From Caldilineaceae bacterium (lineage in GTDB: Bacteria > Chloroflexota > Anaerolineae > Caldilineales > Caldilineaceae): a stretch of 64,000 bases of DNA. Both the position numbers and the translations under genes were made by a program. The notes beneath the pieces are model-generated. The model was not told where the DNA came from, ran no database searches, and saw only the letters and a program-made list of their open reading frames with translations. Position 1 is the first letter of the stretch. The number at the start of each line of letters is the position of its first letter. Shown here one piece after another: positions 51,044 through 60,364 of the stretch. The stretch spans positions 1-64,000 of the forward strand of contig JAJEBF010000033.1 in the NCBI GenBank assembly GCA_022824025.1. The letters run 5' to 3'.

Positions 51044-52570
51044 ATGAATTTATTGGATCTTTTTGCGATTGGGCGGGAGCGGGAGCCGGGGAAGAAGGCG
51101 GTTGAGTTTGTGGATTCACGCGGGCCGCTGGGACGACGGGACTTGACGTTTGGGGCGCTGCAGCAGGAGGCGCAGAGATGGGCGGCGGCGTTTGCACGGA
51201 TGGGAGTGCGGAAGGGCGACCGGGTCGCGCTCTATTTGCCCAACCGGCCGGAGTTTGTGATCGCCTATCTGGCGACCCTGGAGGCAGGGGCGGTGATGGT
51301 TCCGATCAACTTGCGCTACCGGCGGCGGGAGTTGAGTCACATTCTGAATGACGCTGAACCGGCGCTGCTGGTGGTTGAGGATGCGCAGCAGGCAGTGCTG
51401 GATGAGATCCTGGGCGCGGATGTGGGCCCGGGACTGGCTGTGCTGTCTGTGGACAGGGTGGAGAGCTGGTTGGACGAGGCCGATGAGGAGGCGCGGGGCG
51501 ATGGGTCGCGTGCGGCGGCAAGAGGCGAGGACGCGGCGCTGATTATGTACACGAGCGGCACGACAGGAACGAGCAAGGGCGCTGTGCTGAGCCATAACCA
51601 TGTGCTGGCGACTGTGACGGGGCTGCTGAGCGCGTGGGCGTGGCAGGCGGATGACGTGCTGCTGCTGCCGTTGCCGCTGTTTCATACGCACGGGCTGATT
51701 GTAGGGCTGCACTGCGCGCTGGCGATGGGTGCGACGGTGCGTCTGCGTACGGCGTTCGATGCCGAGGAGACGGTGGAGACGCTGTCGACGGGCGGGGCAA
51801 CGCTTTTTTTTGCCGTGCCGACGATTTATACGCGGTTGGTTGATCTGCTTGGAAAGGAGAAGGAGCCGCCGAAGTTTAAGGGGATGCGACTGTTCTGTTC
51901 AGGCAGCGCGCCGCTGCCGGCGGAAGTTCACAATGCGTTTGAAAGACTGACGGGTCAACGCATTCTGGAGCGGTACGGGATGACGGAGACGGGCATGAAT
52001 TTCAGCAATCCCTATGCAGGGCCGCGCGTGGCGGGTACGGTGGGTACGCCGCTGCCAGGGGTGTTCGCCCGCATCGTGGACGCGGCGGGAACGGATCTGC
52101 CGGCAGGGGAGGAAGGCGAGCTGCTGCTGCGGGGGAGCAATGTGTTCGACGAGTACTGGCGGGCGCCGCAGAAGACGGCAGAGAGTTTTGTGCATGACGA
52201 GCTGGGGAATCGCTGGTTTTTGACGGGGGACCTGGCGCGCATGGACCCGCAGACGGGGTATGTGACGCTGCTCGGGAGGAGCCATGAACTGATTATTTCG
52301 GGCGGACTGAATATCTACCCGCGCGAGGTGGAAGAGATGTTGACGACGTTTCCCGGTATTGAGGAGGCGGCGGTGGTGGGAGAGCCGGACACCGAGTGGG
52401 GCGAGGCGCCGGTGGCCTACCTGGTTTGCAGCGGTGCGATTGATGAGGGGGAACTGGAGCGGTACTGCCGGGGGCAGCTGGCTTCGTATAAGTTGCCGAA
52501 ACGGTTGCGGTTTGTGAGGGAGCTGCCGCGGAATGCGATGGGGAAGGTGCAGAAGCACAGGCTCGTCTAG
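51044..52570 (+). CDS. AMP-dependent acyl-CoA synthetase/ligase
   Basis: AMP-binding motif LIMYTSGTTGTSKGAVLSH. C-terminal GEEGELLLRG...DLARMD. Confidence 0.85.
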   Translation: MNLLDLFAIGREREPGKKAVEFVDSRGPLGRRDLTFGALQQEAQRWAAAFARMGVRKGDRVALYLPNRPEFVIAYLATLEAGAVMVPINLRYRRRELSHILNDAEPALLVVEDAQQAVLDEILGADVGPGLAVLSVDRVESWLDEADEEARGDGSRAAARGEDAALIMYTSGTTGTSKGAVLSHNHVLATVTGLLSAWAWQADDVLLLPLPLFHTHGLIVGLHCALAMGATVRLRTAFDAEETVETLSTGGATLFFAVPTIYTRLVDLLGKEKEPPKFKGMRLFCSGSAPLPAEVHNAFERLTGQRILERYGMTETGMNFSNPYAGPRVAGTVGTPLPGVFARIVDAAGTDLPAGEEGELLLRGSNVFDEYWRAPQKTAESFVHDELGNRWFLTGDLARMDPQTGYVTLLGRSHELIISGGLNIYPREVEEMLTTFPGIEEAAVVGEPDTEWGEAPVAYLVCSGAIDEGELERYCRGQLASYKLPKRLRFVRELPRNAMGKVQKHRLV

Positions 52571-52571
52571 G

Positions 52572-52601
52572 CAGGATTAGGGGGACCGGGGGAATCAGGA
52601 T
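52572..52601. promoter_or_regulatory. CAGGATTAGGGGG ... AATCAGGATT motif pair, ~110 nt upstream of the acyl-CoA dehydrogenase ATG
   Basis: Shared with 50932-50946. A related TGATTAGGGGG lies at ~53904. Confidence 0.35.
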
Positions 52602-52681
52602 TTGCGGGATGATTGGATTTACGGGATTCCGGCGCCCAGAGTTGCCGATTCGGCTGACCCCTTCCACCCGGTATATTAACG

Positions 52682-53860
52682 ATGTCACTCTACCAGATTG
52701 AACTTGATACGAGCGGACGCTACTCCCAGCTGCGGCGCGGCGTAAGACAGCTGTGCACGCGTTTTCCGGGGGCGTATTGGCGGCGGCTGGATGGGGAGCG
52801 GGGGTATCCTGTCGAATTTGTGGAGGCGATGACGGAAGCGGGGTTTTTGGCCGCGCTGATTCCGGAGGAATACGGGGGCGGGGGCGCGACGGTTGCGGAG
52901 GCTTCGGTGATTCTGGAGGAGGTGAACCGGAGCGGAGGGAACGCGGGGGTTTGCCATGCGCAGATGTACGTGATGGGAGCGCTGGCGCGGCATGGGTCGG
53001 CGGCGCAGAAGGAGCGGTGGCTGCCGCCCCTGGCGGAGGGAAAGCTGCGGCTGCAGGCGTTCGGCGTGACGGAGCCGACAGCGGGTTCGGATACGACGCG
53101 GATTCAGACGCGGGCGGAGCGGGACGGCGACGAGTATGTGATCACGGGGCAGAAGATCTGGACGAGCCGGGCGGAACATTCCGATTTGATGCTGCTGCTG
53201 GCGCGTACGACGCCACTGGAAGAAGTGAAGAAGCGGACGGAAGGGCTGTCGCTGTTCATGGTGGATTTGCGGGACGCGGATGAGCAGGCGTTGACGATCC
53301 GGCCGCTGGAAACAATGATCAATCATCATACGACTGAGGTGTTTTTTGACGGGCTGCGCGTGCCGGCGGCGAACCGCATCGGCGAGGAAGGTAAGGGGTT
53401 CCGGTATATCCTGGACGGGATGAATGCGGAACGGATTTTGATTGCGGCGGAGTCGATTGGCGATGGAGGCTGGTTTGTTGAGCGATCGGTGGCGTATGCG
53501 AACGAGCGGGTGGTTTTTGACCGGCCGATAGGGCAGAATCAGGGGGTACAGTTTCCGATTGCGCAGGTGTACGCGAGTTTGCGGGCGGCCGATTTGATGC
53601 GCTGGGAGGCGGCGCGGTTGTATGACAGCGGGCTGCCTTGCGGGGCGGAGGCGAATATGGCAAAGATGTTGGCGGCGGATGCGGCGTGGGAGGCGGCGAA
53701 TGTGTGCCTGCAGACGCACGGCGGGTTCGGTTTTGCGAGAGAGCACGATGTGGAGAGGAAGTTTCGCGAGGCGAAGTTGTACCAGATAGCGCCGGTGGCG
53801 AATAATCTTGTGTTGTCCTATTTGGCGCAGCATGTGTTAGGGTTGCCGCGATCATATTGA
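52682..53860 (+). CDS. Acyl-CoA dehydrogenase
   Basis: Typical ACAD length and motifs (GVTEPTAGSD, QTHGGFGFAREH). Confidence 0.9.
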   Translation: MSLYQIELDTSGRYSQLRRGVRQLCTRFPGAYWRRLDGERGYPVEFVEAMTEAGFLAALIPEEYGGGGATVAEASVILEEVNRSGGNAGVCHAQMYVMGALARHGSAAQKERWLPPLAEGKLRLQAFGVTEPTAGSDTTRIQTRAERDGDEYVITGQKIWTSRAEHSDLMLLLARTTPLEEVKKRTEGLSLFMVDLRDADEQALTIRPLETMINHHTTEVFFDGLRVPAANRIGEEGKGFRYILDGMNAERILIAAESIGDGGWFVERSVAYANERVVFDRPIGQNQGVQFPIAQVYASLRAADLMRWEAARLYDSGLPCGAEANMAKMLAADAAWEAANVCLQTHGGFGFAREHDVERKFREAKLYQIAPVANNLVLSYLAQHVLGLPRSY

Positions 53861-53928
53861 TTCTGGGGGGGAAGGCGGGGAACGGCGAGGCACGGTGGGG
53901 GTGGGGTTTTTGACTGATTAGGGGGTAG

Positions 53929-55134
53929 TTGGCTATGGCGACGGTTGATGGTGGGTTGGGTTTGCCTTTGTCGCACGTGACTGTTGTTTCGCTGGAGCAG
54001 GCGATTGCGGCGCCTCTGGCGACGCGGCATCTGGCGGATTTGGGGGCGCGGGTCATTAAAGTGGAAAGGCCGGGCGGCGGAGATTTTGCGCGCCATTATG
54101 ATAAGGCGGCAGAGGGTCTTTGCAGCCACTTCGCGTGGGCAAACCGCTCGAAGGAGTCGATTACACTGGACCTGAAGACGGCGGAGGGCAAAGAGATCCT
54201 GGCGAAGTTGCTGGAGCGGGCGGATGTATTCGTGCAGAACCTGGCTCCTGGGGCGGTGGGGCGGCTTGGGTTCGACGATGACCGGCTGCAGGCGGACTAC
54301 CCTGAGCTGATAGTATGCCATGTAAGCGGGTATGGCGCTGACGGGCCATACCGGGACAAGAAGGCGTATGATCTGCTGATCCAGGCGGAGACCGGTGTCG
54401 TGTCGGTGACGGGCACAGAGGAGGAGGCGGCCAAGACGGGAATTCCGGTGGCCGATTTGGCGGGTGGGATGTACGCGTACAGCAGCATCCTGGCGGGGCT
54501 GCTGCAGCGCGAGCGGAGCGGCGGGGGATGCGTGCTGCAGGTTTCGCTGTTTGACGGGCTGTGCGACTGGATGGGCTTTCCGGCCTATTTCGCCTTGGGA
54601 GGAGAGCGCTTGACCCGTAACGGGGCCAACCATGCGTCGATTGCGCCGTATGGCCCGTATGCGACGGGAGACGGGCGCACGGTTTTGTTCTCGATACAGA
54701 GCCAGCGGGAGTGGGAGCAGTTCTGCACGGTGGTGCTGGAGAGGCCGGCGTTTGCGGTGGACGCGCGTTTTGTTGACAATACAAGGCGATTTCAAAACAA
54801 GGAGGCGCTGCGACGGGAGCTGGAATCTGTCTTTGCCGACTTTTCGGCGGCGGAGGTGGAGTCTCGGATGGAGGCGGCGCAGATCGCGCACGCGCAGTTG
54901 CGAGACATGGAGGCGTTTTGGGAGCATCCGCAACTGCAGGCGCGGGGACGGATCGGGGAGGTGCCGTCACCGGTGGGGCCTCTGCCGGCGCTGCATCCGG
55001 CGACGACGAACGACGAATGGCCGCCGCGCTTTGACCCGATCCCGGCAACAGGGGAGCATACGCGGGCGCTGCTGATGGAGTTGGGTTATGGGTTGGATGC
55101 AGTTGAGCAGTTGAAGCGGGATGGCGTTGTATGA
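53929..55134 (+). CDS. Family III CoA-transferase (CaiB/BaiF)
   Basis: LSHVTVVSLEQAIAAPLATRHLADLGARVIKVERPGGGD is the family III N-terminus. Confidence 0.85.
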   Translation: MAMATVDGGLGLPLSHVTVVSLEQAIAAPLATRHLADLGARVIKVERPGGGDFARHYDKAAEGLCSHFAWANRSKESITLDLKTAEGKEILAKLLERADVFVQNLAPGAVGRLGFDDDRLQADYPELIVCHVSGYGADGPYRDKKAYDLLIQAETGVVSVTGTEEEAAKTGIPVADLAGGMYAYSSILAGLLQRERSGGGCVLQVSLFDGLCDWMGFPAYFALGGERLTRNGANHASIAPYGPYATGDGRTVLFSIQSQREWEQFCTVVLERPAFAVDARFVDNTRRFQNKEALRRELESVFADFSAAEVESRMEAAQIAHAQLRDMEAFWEHPQLQARGRIGEVPSPVGPLPALHPATTNDEWPPRFDPIPATGEHTRALLMELGYGLDAVEQLKRDGVV

Positions 55135-55185
55135 TGGAGAACGGCGGGTCTGGGTTTTCTACCTGCGCGCAGGAAGGGATCTGAG

Positions 55186-55689
55186 ATGTCCACACAGTCA
55201 GATAGCCGGGGCCGATATTTTGAGGATTTCAGCGTCGGAGATGTTTTTGAGCACAGTTTGGGGCGGACGGTGCTGGCGGCGGACAATGTCTGGTTTACCC
55301 TGCTGACGGTGAACGCGAACCCGATTCATTTTGACGCCCACTATGCAAGCCAGACCGAATGGGGGCGTCCGCTGGTCGATTCGACGTTCACGCTGGCGCT
55401 GGTGACGGGGCTATCGGTGGCGGACATTTCGCAGAATGCGGTCAATCTCGGCTGGGACGAGGTACGATTGCCGGCGCCGGTGTTTGAGGGCGACACGATC
55501 TATGCGCAAAGCGAGGTGCTGCATTTGCGGCCGTCCGGGAGTCGTGCGCATCAGGGAATCGTCACGGTGCGCACGGTTGGCTTCAACCAGGACGGTGTGA
55601 TCGTCATCGAATTTAAGCGCACTTTACTTGTCTACAGGCGCGGCCATGGACCGAAGAATCGTCGACCGGTTGTACAGGATATTGGGTAG
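55186..55689 (+). CDS. MaoC-like (R)-specific enoyl-CoA hydratase/dehydratase (hot-dog fold)
   Basis: FEDFSVGDVFEHSLGRTVLAADNVWFTLLTVNANPIHFD. Confidence 0.75.
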   Translation: MSTQSDSRGRYFEDFSVGDVFEHSLGRTVLAADNVWFTLLTVNANPIHFDAHYASQTEWGRPLVDSTFTLALVTGLSVADISQNAVNLGWDEVRLPAPVFEGDTIYAQSEVLHLRPSGSRAHQGIVTVRTVGFNQDGVIVIEFKRTLLVYRRGHGPKNRRPVVQDIG

Positions 55690-55744
55690 GGGGCGCCGGC
55701 GCGAAGGCGGGCCGCCGGGCGCACACGGCAACAGTGGACCGCCC

Positions 55745-56293
55745 ATGCTTGAGGCTGGCGGGAGAGGCGAGCCAGGTGAATTGACGGTGAAGCGCTTGGA
55801 TACGCCGCGAATGACGATTATCGCGTTGACGGTGCAGCAGATGCGCTGGCAGCGGGACAGTTTTGCACGGTTGGAGCAGACGTTGGGTCTGGCGGCGAGC
55901 GGGCAGCGGCTGGAGGACGAGTTGCGGCCGATCGTTTCGCGGGCGATCAGCCATATGCGGCGGAGGCCGCATCAAGCGCGCTGGCATTGCCAGTGGGTTG
56001 CGGTGTTGAAGAGTGAGCGGCGGATAGTTGGAAGCCTGGCGTTCAAGGGGCCGCCGGACCGGGACGATTCGGTGGAGATAGGGTACGGTTTCGACCCGTT
56101 TTATCATAATCGGGGTCTGGCGACGGAGGCGGTTGGGGAGATGGTCCGCTGGGCGTTGGGTGAGGATGGGGTGGAGGCGGTGATCGCGGAGACGGCGAAC
56201 ATGAATGTGGCGTCGATGCGGGTATTGCAGAAGGTGGGGTTTGTGATTGTGTCCGCGACGAGCCGGTACCTGTATTGGAAGGTCGGTGGATAG
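55745..56293 (+). CDS. GNAT-family N-acetyltransferase (RimJ/RimL-like)
   Basis: C-terminal ETANMNVASMRVLQKVGFV. Start uncertain: 55745 or 55811. Confidence 0.6.
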   Translation: MLEAGGRGEPGELTVKRLDTPRMTIIALTVQQMRWQRDSFARLEQTLGLAASGQRLEDELRPIVSRAISHMRRRPHQARWHCQWVAVLKSERRIVGSLAFKGPPDRDDSVEIGYGFDPFYHNRGLATEAVGEMVRWALGEDGVEAVIAETANMNVASMRVLQKVGFVIVSATSRYLYWKVGG

Positions 56294-56339
56294 AACGGCA
56301 GGGCAGAGGGGCGAGGGGGTAGGGGCCAGGGGGTCGGCT

Positions 56340-57197
56340 TCAGGTTTTGTGGACGATGTAAATGAGTTCGGAGGAGTATGTGAGGGAGTCGGCCTGCCAG
56401 CCGGCTTTTTCTATTTGGGAGAGGAAGGAGGCGGTGTGGTGTTGGGCCATGCCTTGTTTGCGGCCGGCGAGCGAGTGGTTGGGGAAGGAGACGATGAGGA
56501 TAGGGGCGTCGATCTGGTGGAGGAGGCGTTGGGCGGCGCCCGATTGGATCTGTTCGAGGCAGGGGAGGGTTTTGAGGAGGAAAGCGACGTCGGCTGAGGG
56601 GGCGCTCATGTCGTCGAGGGCATTGCGCTGTTCGACGGAGCCGGCGTAGCCCATGAGGCGGAAGAAGCGGTTGAGGAAGTCGGCCTGGTCGGCGAAGATG
56701 TCGCAGGCGAAGTAGGGCAGGTCGGGAGGGAGGGGCATCCAGGGACGGGCCAGGGGATGGAGGCCGCAGGCGATGTCGAGGACGGAGTGGACGGGGGGAA
56801 GGCGCTGGAAGAGCTGGGAATAGAGGGTATCGAGCAGGGGCAGCCTTTCGTGGGTGGAGGCGTGGGCGGCCATGAGGCGGCGGAGGAGGGCGAGCACGGG
56901 CTCGGCATCGCGGGGCGGGCCGGGGCCGTGGGCGCGAGAGGGGGGCTTCAGGGCTGATTGCAGCTGGAGGAGGGCGTCGTCGTAGTTCAGGTTGCGCCGG
57001 ATGTAGGCGGCGGCGCTCTGGTGCAGCTGGTTCTTGGCCGCTTTGACGGCCTCTTTGACGGAGCGGCCTTTGGCCAGCTCTGCAGAAGCGATGGCGCGTG
57101 CGAGGCCGGGGTGCACGCTGCGATATTTGCGGGCGGAGAGAAGAGCGGCGAGAGCCTTTTCAAGCTGGTCGTCGGGCTGCTGCGGGGCGGCATTCAT
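56340..57197 (-). CDS. 16S rRNA (guanine1405-N7)-methyltransferase homologue of the FmrO/Rmt/ArmA aminoglycoside-resistance family
   Basis: Collinear match to RmtB recalled from memory: SARKYRSVHPGLARAI, HASTHERLPLLDTLYSQLF..VLDIACGLHPLA, SFPNHSLAGRKQGM, ELIYIVHK. Start chosen at the ATG giving MNAAPQQPDD. A TTG 51 nt upstream is an alternative. Confidence 0.7.
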   Translation of the reverse strand: MNAAPQQPDDQLEKALAALLSARKYRSVHPGLARAIASAELAKGRSVKEAVKAAKNQLHQSAAAYIRRNLNYDDALLQLQSALKPPSRAHGPGPPRDAEPVLALLRRLMAAHASTHERLPLLDTLYSQLFQRLPPVHSVLDIACGLHPLARPWMPLPPDLPYFACDIFADQADFLNRFFRLMGYAGSVEQRNALDDMSAPSADVAFLLKTLPCLEQIQSGAAQRLLHQIDAPILIVSFPNHSLAGRKQGMAQHHTASFLSQIEKAGWQADSLTYSSELIYIVHKT

Positions 57198-57261
57198 CGA
57201 GCTTGTCAGGATGGCGTAGACGACGGCCGGCGCGGGGGCGGCTTGCAACCGGTCTCAGAGG

Positions 57262-57756
57262 CTAGCCGCTGAACTGCTGTTTGAGGGCGCGGTTGACGTC
57301 TCTTTCGGCATCGCGCCTGGCGATGGACTGCCGTTTGTCGTATTGGCGCTTGCCGCGCACAAGTGCGATCTGGACTTTGGCGAGGCCGGCGCCGTTGATG
57401 TACATGCGGAGGGGCACGATGGTCCAGTTTCGCTGGGTGGCGCGTGCGTGCAGGTGATCGATTTGGCGCCGGTGGAGGAGAAGCTTGCGGGAGCGGGTTT
57501 CCTGGTGGTTGGCGCGATTTCCGTGCCGGTATTGGGCGATATGGACGCCCATGAGCCAGGCTTCGCCATCTCGGACGAGAACGAAACCTTCACGCAGGTT
57601 TACAGAGCCGGCGCGCACCGACTTGATCTCAGTGCCGGTGAGGGCGAGGCCGGCCTCGAAGGTTTCTTCGATGAAGTAGTCGTGGCGGGCTTTGCGATTT
57701 GTGGCGACGGTGCGGGGACCGGTGGGAGCCGTCCGTTCCTTCTTCTTTTTGGCCAA
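57262..57756 (-). CDS. smpB: SsrA-binding protein
   Basis: NRKARHDYFIEETFEAGLALTGTEIKSVR... Confidence 0.9.
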   Translation of the reverse strand: MAKKKKERTAPTGPRTVATNRKARHDYFIEETFEAGLALTGTEIKSVRAGSVNLREGFVLVRDGEAWLMGVHIAQYRHGNRANHQETRSRKLLLHRRQIDHLHARATQRNWTIVPLRMYINGAGLAKVQIALVRGKRQYDKRQSIARRDAERDVNRALKQQFSG

Positions 57757-57807
57757 TGTCAGTTCTCTATGTGCCTAACTCACGCTGTCGGGAGGCGGGC
57801 GTCTCGC

Positions 57808-59103
57808 TCAGTCGCCGCCGGTGAGCAGTTCGATCGCCCGGTCGAGCTGGGGATCTTCTTCATTTTCAATCTGCTCGTTGGTCCGCTCGATCACGATATC
57901 CGGTTCGAGCCCTGTATCGTCGATGGAGCGGTCGGCGGGCGTATACCAGAGAGCGATGGTGACGCGCAGCAGGCTGTCATCGCTGAGGGTATGGGGCAGT
58001 TGCACGCTGCCTTTGCCAAAGGTTGTTTCGCCGATCAGGGTGGCGCGTTCAACGTCCTGTAGGGCGCCGGCGACGATTTCGCTGGCGCTGGCGCTGCCTT
58101 TGTTGACGAGTACGACGATGGGCAGATCGTCGGGTACGAGAGCATTGCCTTCGGTATTGTAGATTTCTTCGCTGCCGTCGGAGAAGCGCTCGATGAGGAC
58201 GCGCTCGTCTTCGAGGAAGATACTGGTCACTCGGATGGCTTCGCGCAGGAGGCCGCCCGGGTTGCCGCGCAGGTCGAAGATAAGGCCCTCGGTGTCGTTG
58301 GTCAGGAGCGCTTCGAGTTCGTCGCGCAGCTTGGCTCCGGCATCGGAGGAGAAGCGTTTGAGGGCGACATAGGCGAACTGGTCGTCGTCGCCGTATCGGT
58401 CGCTTTCGACGATGGGGATATCGATAAGGTCCCGGGTAACGGGAAACTCGAGTGGGTCGTCGAGCCCGTCGCGGCGGACGGTGAGGTTGACTTCAGTGCC
58501 TTTGGGGCCTTTGATCCTGTTGATGGCTTCATTGAGGTTGGCCAGTTCGGCCACATCCTGGCCGTTGATGGCGATGATCAGGTCGCCGCGGCGGATGCCG
58601 GCATTCCAGGCAGGTTGGTCTTCAAAGGGCTCGATGATGCGCACTGCGCTTTCTTCTTCGGCCCATTCCACGAGGGCGCCGATGCCTTCGAAGCTGCCCT
58701 CTATGCTTTCCATGAAACTGGTCGCTTCGGCGGGGGTGAGGAAGCCGGTGTTCTGGTCATGGAGTGTATCGAGGACGCCGCGGATGGCTCCGTAGCTGCG
58801 TTCGTTGGGCGCGGGCAGCTCGCCGTAGAAGTCTTCCTCGAGGAGCTCCATGGCTTCCCAGAAGATACCAAGGTCTTCGGGGGCGAGGGCGCGGTCCGTT
58901 TCGGCGGCGACCACCGGAGACGCGGGGGTGTCGCCGCCAATGCTTAAACGTCCCAGCACGAAGCCGAGGCCGGATCCGGCAGAGAAGATGAGCGCGGCGA
59001 TGACGACGACGGCGACGACGGTGAGGCGCAGTTTTTGGCGGGAGGCACTCTGTTTGCCCAGACTGAGCCTGGTCAGCGCCGTCGGTTCAACATTATTGGC
59101 CAT
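57808..59103 (-). CDS. C-terminal processing (tail-specific) peptidase, S41 family, with a PDZ domain
   Basis: LIFDLRGNPGGLL and a TM anchor. Start chosen at MANNVEPTAL. The upstream in-frame extension is rejected. Confidence 0.85.
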   Translation of the reverse strand: MANNVEPTALTRLSLGKQSASRQKLRLTVVAVVVIAALIFSAGSGLGFVLGRLSIGGDTPASPVVAAETDRALAPEDLGIFWEAMELLEEDFYGELPAPNERSYGAIRGVLDTLHDQNTGFLTPAEATSFMESIEGSFEGIGALVEWAEEESAVRIIEPFEDQPAWNAGIRRGDLIIAINGQDVAELANLNEAINRIKGPKGTEVNLTVRRDGLDDPLEFPVTRDLIDIPIVESDRYGDDDQFAYVALKRFSSDAGAKLRDELEALLTNDTEGLIFDLRGNPGGLLREAIRVTSIFLEDERVLIERFSDGSEEIYNTEGNALVPDDLPIVVLVNKGSASASEIVAGALQDVERATLIGETTFGKGSVQLPHTLSDDSLLRVTIALWYTPADRSIDDTGLEPDIVIERTNEQIENEEDPQLDRAIELLTGGD

Positions 59104-59510
59104 GCGGGTATTCCTGACCTGAAAAAGACGGCCCTTTGCTGCGCGGTGGCCTGGGCCCGATGTCCCCTGGGACGGAACGAGTCCTGGCAGGGGGACGGTA
59201 TGGAACGGGTGAAGTTGGAGAGATTTTACCATAGGCGGGAACGGCAGGGCGAACGGCGGGGCACACAGGTTAGGGATAAGCCGCATGGCGGGCGTACGGG
59301 GGATCGGAAGGAAGGGGATTCCCGGAGCCTGAACGAACTGTCGGTGACAACGCGACGGCATGCTTTGTGGGAGGGGGATTCCAGAGAGGGAGAGGTTGGG
59401 GCTATAATAGGGGCGGCGCAGATGCTTGGCGCCGGGTTGGAATGGCGTGCGCGCTGAAGGGATTGTGCAGGGTTAGGAATGGGATCGTTCAGTGAACCGG
59501 AGGAGAAGAG

Positions 59511-60257
59511 ATGACAGTTCAGACTGAGGACATCCAGCGCCCGCCGCGTGGGTTGTCAGAAGGGCTGGCGAAGGTCGGGACGGCGACAGTGAGCGGGGAG
59601 TTGAGCAGGATGGGGATCAGCGATGCGCAGATACATGGGCCGCGGCCATGGACGCCAGGGAAGGTGGCGGCGGGGCCGGCGCTGACCCTGCAGTTTATGC
59701 CGAAGCGGGAGGACCAGTACAATGTGGACGAGTACAACGACCCTGAGAAGCAGCTCCACCGGCATGTCCTTTATCATACGCAGCCGGGGGATATGGTGGT
59801 TGTTGACGCCAGAGGGAACATGGCGAGCGGCGTTTTCGGCGAGATGATGCTCACCTTTTTCCAGGGGCGCGGAGGCATCGGCGTTGTCATTGACGGATGC
59901 ATTCGGGATTATCCGAAGGCGCAGGAACTGGATTTGGGGTTGTGGCTGCGGGGTGTTACGCCGAATTTCCATACGCAGACAAGCATCTTCCCGTTTGCGG
60001 TGAATGTTCCGGTGGCCTGCGGCGATACGCTGGTGATGCCGGGCGACATCGTGGTTGCGGACGACGACGGGGTTGTTGTTGTGCCGATTGGGCTGGCGGC
60101 GGAGCTGCTGGACAAGGCGGGAGAACACGCGGAGTGGGAGGAGTTCTCGCGGATGAGGCTGGCCGAGGGCGGTGATCTGCGGAAATATTATCCGTTGCGC
60201 GAAGATGCCCGGGCGGAGTATGAGGCGTGGAAGGAGAGTGCGGAAGGGCAGGGGTGA
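59511..60257 (+). CDS. RraA-family protein (second paralogue)
   Basis: GVVIDGCIRD ... PGDIVVADDDGVVVVP. Confidence 0.75.
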   Translation: MTVQTEDIQRPPRGLSEGLAKVGTATVSGELSRMGISDAQIHGPRPWTPGKVAAGPALTLQFMPKREDQYNVDEYNDPEKQLHRHVLYHTQPGDMVVVDARGNMASGVFGEMMLTFFQGRGGIGVVIDGCIRDYPKAQELDLGLWLRGVTPNFHTQTSIFPFAVNVPVACGDTLVMPGDIVVADDDGVVVVPIGLAAELLDKAGEHAEWEEFSRMRLAEGGDLRKYYPLREDARAEYEAWKESAEGQG

Positions 60258-60364
60258 GGGACGAGGGGCTGGATGGGCGGCGGCGGAAGGGATGAAGGGA
60301 ATTGGCGAAGGTATGGTATCATCATGCCGCTTCCAGTTGTCGCCAATGTAAATGGAAACTCTCG

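Noticed and set aside
52685-55195. Minus-strand ORFs 52685-53833 (382 aa) and 54161-55195 (344 aa)
   Set aside because: Antisense to the acyl-CoA dehydrogenase and CoA-transferase genes. Arg/Pro-rich translations with no domain similarity.
56340-57248. Upstream TTG start giving the 302-aa version of the Rmt-like protein (MQAAPAPAVVYAILTSS..)
   Set aside because: Neither start has a good SD. The ATG-initiated version aligns from its first residues with the RmtB N-terminus. The longer form stays possible.
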